Part shown: positions 34,405 to 38,697 of the stretch, piece after piece
Position numbering within the stretch: the stretch's first letter is position 1
Layout of the letters: each line of letters starts with the position of its first letter
Origin: a virus
Taxonomy: Duplodnaviria > Caudoviricetes
Virus record (IMG/VR): IMGVR_UViG_3300020045_006508
Location: 1 to 38,697 of that record
Length of the DNA stretch: 38,697 nt
Direction: 5' to 3' (one strand)
Notes under the pieces: model-generated
Told to the model about the DNA's origin: nothing
Databases searched by the model: none
What the model saw: only the letters and a program-made list of their open reading frames with translations
Program-made: the position numbers and the translations under genes

Positions 34405-37300
34405 CTTGTGCATCCTCTAAAAATTCTTCTGTTTCTAAATGGTCTTTCTTGGTTAAGATAATATCTTTGTCATCATCGTGATCTCCTGCCCAATTTCCTG
34501 CCCTGAGATAAATTAAAGCTTGTGTAATGGTATCGGTTAAATCTGCCGAAGGAGGCGCACCGTTAGGAAAACTACCAGCGTACTCAATCAAACCTGTGAT
34601 TTTTTTGCTTTCGTCTCCCACCGCCCAATTTTTATTTGGTGCGTAAACCTGGCCGCTTTGCAGCATGGGACTAACAGAGTGCGCTCGACTAATTTTATCT
34701 TCACGCGGGATGTAGCTCCTTAGCTTCCCTGGCACGGCTTTTCTTAAATCTTGTAGCAACGAAATTCCCGTCGCTTTCTTTTCAATCAAAATCGCGTCAG
34801 GATTAAACTTTTTGTTCATTTCTTTGATTTTTGTCCGCAATTCTTCATACCCGCACCGCTCAAACCACATTCCCAGTGCGATTATGCAATACCTATCCCG
34901 CTGCTCATGCCAAAAAATACCCCATCGTGTCATCGCACTATATGCTGATGTTTTGCTGTCTTTTTCAGTAAATGCGGTGTCGAGAGATAAAAAAATGTGA
35001 TTACAAACTGGCAACGGCATATCGTCAGGCCACACTCGCCACCAGTGTTTCTTGAGAATACCTCCACCTGCCGGCGATGGTCTTTGTTGGTATTGCGCTG
35101 CTGTTCCGTACTCTCCCAAATCTTCTTCTATTGACTGAACTGCGCGTTCTGTAAATTTTTTAGGGAATAGCAACTCGCCTTTTTTGGTGCGTGGGTCATT
35201 GAGTCCCGGCTTGCCAATGTCTTTGCCAGCATCAAATGACGGCCTGCCCTCGTACCGCATTGGAATTGATAGCACTGTCCATTGTGATTTTACTTTTTTA
35301 AGCAAATGACCCGCTAAATCAATCTCATGTACTCGCTGCATAATCACCAATACGCCTGATTTTTCAAGGTCGTTTAGCCGTGATGACAGCGAGTTGTCCC
35401 AAGTGTCATTTACAGACTGACGTATTACGTCAGAAAATGCCTTTTTTGCGTCGATGGGGTCGTCTAAGATCATACAGTTATGAGATAGTATGCTCTCTTT
35501 ACCGTCATGTACATACATGGTATGATTGTCTTTTACAGTCAAGCAATAGGTGTCATCAATATGCCCAACAATCCTAGAACTAACAATGAAATATGGATTC
35601 CCATTAAACGCTATAACGGAGCTTACTCTGTTAGCAATACCGGACTTATCCGAAGCGAAGATAGAACGGTATCTTATGGTAACGTCTCCTATCTGCGTAA
35701 AGGAAAAATCCTTAAGCTTAACAATGATGGACATGGCTATCTTGTCGCAGGAGGCCACTACAAAGGAAATCACCTTACTATTTACGTTCATCAATCGGTA
35801 TGTGCCGCCTTTCATGGAGACAAGCCTACCGAGCAACATGAAGTCAGGCATCTTGACGGAAACCCGCTTAATAACATTCCTGAAAATTTGTCGTGGGGAA
35901 CAAGAAGCGAAAATATTGCTGATGCCAAACGACACGGAACTTTCCCTGTTGGAGTCAACAGACCATGCGCAAAGATTACCCCAGAAATAGCTAAAAGCAT
36001 TTGTATTGACACTCGACATTATACAGCTATTGCTTCCAGTTATGGAATGAGCAGCGGAACAATTAGAGCCATCAAAATAGGCAAGCTTTGGAAAGAACAT
36101 ACCATTAATGAAAGAGCTGAAAATCCTTGGACATTTAAAAGAAAACTCACTAAGGATGAAATTAAAATAGTTCTTGATACCAACATAAGCAGAAAAGAGG
36201 CTGCTGAAATTATCGGCATTGATGTTAGCAGTATTGACGCAAGAAGGCGTAAAGCTGGAGTCACTAGCAAACGAATTATAAAAGTTTCTGAGGCTGATAA
36301 AGATATTGTTCTTGATAGTAGCAAAACCACCAAAGAATTGGCCGATCTTTTCGGGTGTCATGTAACTGTGATTACTGCCTTTAGGCGAAAGCACGGAATG
36401 TTTACCAAGTCTAAGATTACCGAAAAGGATAAAACTTTTATCATGAACTCCACCCTCACTGGCGAAGAGCTTGGAAAGATGTTTAATATTAACAAAAACC
36501 ATGCTAATGACATTAAGCGGCAAATGAAAAAATCCGCTTGCAACTAAATCTTTAGCCTCTATAAAGTCATTATTTACAGTCCAAAACTTATGGTCGTGGG
36601 TGCAGTGAATAACACCCCCATTGCTTAATACAAGTTCAATAATTTCACAATTCTTATTATGTACTGTGTGAGTAACCGGCTTTAATGATTTTATCCCTGT
36701 ATCTACATCCATTGACCAAACCAAATCACCAACTGATATTTCAGTTATGTTTTTTAATCCATGCTCTGATAAAGCTTGTGTATAAGCTGGAAAACAACTA
36801 CCCCGCTTCCCAGTGTTAGATGCGCCAATCCCTTGCGCCTGTCTGAACCCTCTCTTTTCATTGGCGTACAACGTCTTCTCGTTTTGATCTGCTTGTAACG
36901 CTAAAGGCCATTTATCTTGAAACCAATCGCTTGTGATGATTTGCTTCATACGCAGTGCATCACGAATAGCCAACCCCTGCTCATTTGTAACCGTTAAAAA
37001 CCGTTCGCTTGGATTGCTAATCCAGCACCACGCGGGGTACATCACAGATACTAAAATTGATTTTAACGTCCCTGGTGGAATATTGATTATCAGTCGTTTG
37101 TCGGGTAACTCGTTGTTGTGAAACGTCATCAGATACCCGCAGATTGTATCTAAATGCCAATTCCAAACCAATTCAGTTCCCGGCTCAATAATGTGCCACG
37201 CTGACCTAGTAAACTGCGCCAACGATTGCTCGCACAGAATTTTTTCTTTTTTCTCTAGTGCGACTTTTAGTTTTGTCAGTAATTCTGGTTTACTCATCAC
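34373..37300 (-). CDS. terL: Terminase large subunit containing an intein (535 aa after splicing)
   Basis: WNWH, RLIINIPPGTLKS (Walker A variant), TGKRGS|intein|CMILDDP (Walker B), VIMQRVHE.DL.G, AQYQQRP, LSLDTAF, IEKKATG, DK.SRA, DLTDTITQAL nuclease motifs. Confidence 0.95.
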   Translation of the reverse strand: MMSKPELLTKLKVALEKKEKILCEQSLAQFTRSAWHIIEPGTELVWNWHLDTICGYLMTFHNNELPDKRLIINIPPGTLKSILVSVMYPAWCWISNPSERFLTVTNEQGLAIRDALRMKQIITSDWFQDKWPLALQADQNEKTLYANEKRGFRQAQGIGASNTGKRGSCFPAYTQALSEHGLKNITEISVGDLVWSMDVDTGIKSLKPVTHTVHNKNCEIIELVLSNGGVIHCTHDHKFWTVNNDFIEAKDLVASGFFHLPLNVISMVFVNIKHLSKLFASEGGVHDKSFILFGNLRLGKHSVLSPKGSNHSYMTPEKIGQFFGGFATIKNNIFISLRNFYNSFASDSSFTPSCVNTANINADNFSSLFSAYVGIKNYFNFILSEFSFKCPRIFSSFINGMFFPKLAYFDGSNCSAAHSITGSNSCIMSSVNTNAFSYFWGNLCAWSVDSNRESSVSFGISNIFASCSPRQIFRNVIKRVSVKMPDFMLLGRLVSMKGGTYRLMNVNSKVISFVVASCDKIAMSIIVKLKDFSFTQIGDVTIRYRSIFASDKSGIANRVSSVIAFNGNPYFIVSSRIVGHIDDTYCLTVKDNHTMYVHDGKESILSHNCMILDDPIDAKKAFSDVIRQSVNDTWDNSLSSRLNDLEKSGVLVIMQRVHEIDLAGHLLKKVKSQWTVLSIPMRYEGRPSFDAGKDIGKPGLNDPRTKKGELLFPKKFTERAVQSIEEDLGEYGTAAQYQQRPSPAGGGILKKHWWRVWPDDMPLPVCNHIFLSLDTAFTEKDSKTSAYSAMTRWGIFWHEQRDRYCIIALGMWFERCGYEELRTKIKEMNKKFNPDAILIEKKATGISLLQDLRKAVPGKLRSYIPREDKISRAHSVSPMLQSGQVYAPNKNWAVGDESKKITGLIEYAGSFPNGAPPSADLTDTITQALIYLRAGNWAGDHDDDKDIILTKKDHLETEEFLEDAQDARTEIRIYG
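35498..35526 (+). promoter_or_regulatory. Predicted antisense sigma70-type promoter for the nested HNH gene
   Basis: TTTACC (35498-35503), 17 nt, TATGAT (35521-35526) with extended TG at 35518-35519. Confidence 0.6.
35561..36547 (+). CDS. NUMOD4-HNH homing endonuclease with four C-terminal HTH-like repeats, antisense inside the TerL intein
   Basis: EIWIPIKRYNGAYSVSNTGLIRS (NUMOD4); VHQSVCAAFHG...VRHLDGNPLNNIPENLSWGTRSENIAD (HNH); SD AGGTG at 35548-35552 favours ATG 35561 over 35507. Confidence 0.92.
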   Translation: MPNNPRTNNEIWIPIKRYNGAYSVSNTGLIRSEDRTVSYGNVSYLRKGKILKLNNDGHGYLVAGGHYKGNHLTIYVHQSVCAAFHGDKPTEQHEVRHLDGNPLNNIPENLSWGTRSENIADAKRHGTFPVGVNRPCAKITPEIAKSICIDTRHYTAIASSYGMSSGTIRAIKIGKLWKEHTINERAENPWTFKRKLTKDEIKIVLDTNISRKEAAEIIGIDVSSIDARRRKAGVTSKRIIKVSEADKDIVLDSSKTTKELADLFGCHVTVITAFRRKHGMFTKSKITEKDKTFIMNSTLTGEELGKMFNINKNHANDIKRQMKKSACN

Positions 37301-37578
37301 TCCCCAAGCCGAATTTTTAATGATTCAATTTCTTTGTTTAGTTCATCAATGCTTTCGCTTGATTCGATAACTGTAGAAACTTCATGCCTTTCAATAAAGT
37401 CACCAGTCATTTTACCAATAATCTCAATGGCCTTTATTTTTTCCATCGGCTTAGACAACTCCCATTTGGCAATAACCTCCAGCCCACGCAAACGCCCGCC
37501 TTTAGTTTGCAGGTCGCAATCATCAAGCGTTAGTGGTTCCGTGAAAACATCAATGGTTTTATCGTCTTTATTTGCCAT
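37297..37578 (-). CDS. terS: Probable terminase small subunit
   Basis: 93 aa, ATGA overlap with terL; EKIKAIEIIGKMTGDF.ER.EV resembles the TerS C-terminal motif. Confidence 0.65.
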   Translation of the reverse strand: MANKDDKTIDVFTEPLTLDDCDLQTKGGRLRGLEVIAKWELSKPMEKIKAIEIIGKMTGDFIERHEVSTVIESSESIDELNKEIESLKIRLGE

Positions 37579-37612
37579 ACCACAATTTTACACGAAACAA
37601 AACAAAAGGCAT

Positions 37613-37638
37613 AAAAAAACCGCTGTTTAAGGCGGTTT
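37613..37638 (-). terminator. Intrinsic terminator after the methyltransferase
   Basis: AAACCGC-N8-GCGG-T7 on the - strand. Confidence 0.7.
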
Positions 37639-37680
37639 GGTAGTTCATAAATATTCTAAATTGTAATTTTTACCGAAAAA

Positions 37681-38697
37681 CTAACAATCTATAAAAGCAC
37701 GAATAAACTCAGCGGCCACCTGCGGCACGATTGCATTACCGTAGCCTTTTAGTCGCATTACCCGCGCTTCTTGCGTTTCGTTGGGATTTGCCGGTGCGCT
37801 TGAATCGCTGCTATATCCCATTCCTTTGGGTAGCCCATTAACCAACGGCTTAATGCCGGGTTCAATTGGCCGGTACTTGTTATCTCGGCAATATATCCAG
37901 TCTGGGTTATCCCATTCTGAGCGTCCGCCATGGCATCCTGATAAACTTGCTGCATTTTCTCGTCCACTTGTTCCCGCAAATTCCCCGGAAATGTCCTGCC
38001 CGTTCTCCCTCCGTTCCTCGCTTGGTTGTACATTGCCTGTGGACTGCGAACTGGTAGAGTGTCCATTGTGTTTGGGGTCGCCCAACCTGCTATCTTCGCC
38101 TGATCTTCCAAGTTCCTGATTTCTCCTGTCTCCCAGCGTTTCCCTCCTGCATCGCCCCTCGCCCTTGGACTCATCCACCCCGCCAATTGTGCTGCTACAT
38201 CCAGCGTGTCCGTTGACAACTTCCCGTTGCGAATCCTGCCCCCTAAATATCCGCCCTTGTGATCTCTGGTTGATGCTGTCGGCCACCCAATACAATCGCT
38301 GTCTGATATGGGGCGCACCCGCGACTGCTGCTGTAAGTACGATCTGCCCAACGGCGTAGTTTTCTTGCTCCATTTCAAGGCATAAATCATCAAGCCAGCC
38401 GTGTTTGATTGCTCCTGGCACTTGTTCTCCAAAAATCGTTCTTGGATTGCATTGCTTAACGAGTTCGATAAAGTGCGGCAATAAGTGTCTTTCGTCTGAT
38501 TTTCCAAGTTGTTTTCCTGCTGTGCTAAAGGGTTGGCAGGGCAAGCTTGCGCTCCAGACTGGCTCTGTGTCCCCCCAGTTTGCAAGTCGCAAGGCTCTTG
38601 ACCATCCACCAATTCCAGCGAAGAAATGACATTGGGTAAATCCATCCAGGTCGTTTGCCTGTACATCAACAATTGATCGTTCATCTACCACTCCAAA
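37681..38697 (-). CDS. C5-cytosine DNA methyltransferase, alpha-type polypeptide (5'-truncated by the window end)
   Basis: FFAGIGG (I), PCQPFS.AG (IV), DERHL (V), GEQV (VI), GAPHIRQRLY (VIII), RLKGYGNAIVPQVA (X); frame is open to the window edge. Confidence 0.9.
   Translation of the reverse strand, partial: FGVVDERSIVDVQANDLDGFTQCHFFAGIGGWSRALRLANWGDTEPVWSASLPCQPFSTAGKQLGKSDERHLLPHFIELVKQCNPRTIFGEQVPGAIKHGWLDDLCLEMEQENYAVGQIVLTAAVAGAPHIRQRLYWVADSINQRSQGRIFRGQDSQREVVNGHAGCSSTIGGVDESKGEGRCRRETLGDRRNQELGRSGEDSRLGDPKHNGHSTSSQSTGNVQPSEERRENGQDISGEFAGTSGRENAASLSGCHGGRSEWDNPDWIYCRDNKYRPIEPGIKPLVNGLPKGMGYSSDSSAPANPNETQEARVMRLKGYGNAIVPQVAAEFIRAFIDC
37758..38684 (-). CDS. Nested alternative-frame methyltransferase beta-type polypeptide (motif IX/TRD-like)
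   Basis: 308-aa ORF in the +1 frame fully inside the MTase; GGAG SD 6 nt before ATG; three GW(P/M/A)(T/S) repeats and LNPALSRWLMGYPKEW (motif IX-like). Confidence 0.75.
   Translation of the reverse strand: MNDQLLMYRQTTWMDLPNVISSLELVDGQEPCDLQTGGTQSQSGAQACPANPLAQQENNLENQTKDTYCRTLSNSLSNAIQERFLENKCQEQSNTAGLMIYALKWSKKTTPLGRSYLQQQSRVRPISDSDCIGWPTASTRDHKGGYLGGRIRNGKLSTDTLDVAAQLAGWMSPRARGDAGGKRWETGEIRNLEDQAKIAGWATPNTMDTLPVRSPQAMYNQARNGGRTGRTFPGNLREQVDEKMQQVYQDAMADAQNGITQTGYIAEITSTGQLNPALSRWLMGYPKEWDIAAIQAHRQIPTKRKKRG

Larger units (their letters stand above)
35477..36796 (-). mobile_element. Intein (440 aa) inserted immediately before the TerL Walker B motif
   Basis: Block A CFPAYTQAL...I.EI.VGD.VWS; block B IHCTHDHKFWT...IEAKDL; block F TYCLTVKDNHTM; block G ILSHN followed by +1 Cys. 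Confidence 0.93.

Noticed and set aside
35507-35560. ORF-track start (ATG 35507) for the HNH gene
   Set aside because: It lies inside the predicted promoter and has no SD; ATG 35561 has an AGGTG SD and directly precedes the NUMOD4 motif
35550-35990. 146-aa third overlapping ORF within the intein (+ strand, different frame)
   Set aside because: No recognisable motif or SD; most likely a by-product of the constrained codon usage
1-38697. CRISPR array, tRNA/rRNA genes, integrase, lysis cassette
   Set aside because: No regularly spaced repeats, cloverleafs or matching protein motifs recognised; lifestyle and host cannot be assigned from this window

Overview
A ~38.7 kb segment of a tailed dsDNA phage or prophage with a podovirus-like virion module. 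The + strand arm (1-4.6 kb) carries recombination/early-type genes: a coiled-coil protein, a small unannotated ribbon-helix-helix protein behind a sigma70-like promoter, a RecE/ExoVIII-like PD-(D/E)XK nuclease, a possible SSB/annealing protein and a NinX-like gene. It converges at a bidirectional terminator with a long - strand arm, in this order: C5 DNA methyltransferase (truncated by the window end, with a second subunit nested in another frame), TerS, TerL, portal, GroES, scaffold, head proteins, major capsid protein, a free-standing GIY-YIG endonuclease, adaptor, ejection/polyvalent proteins (interrupted by a ferritin gene) and tail genes. The most striking element is a 440-aa intein in TerL (35477-36796, -). 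Its endonuclease slot reads as junk in the intein frame but is a complete NUMOD4-HNH-HTH endonuclease gene on the opposite strand, codon-aligned, with its own predicted promoter and RBS embedded in the intein C-terminal splicing domain. Also notable is a five-copy palindromic stem/(A)TCAC element just upstream of the RBS of virion genes. All family calls are from motif recognition by eye; no searches were run.
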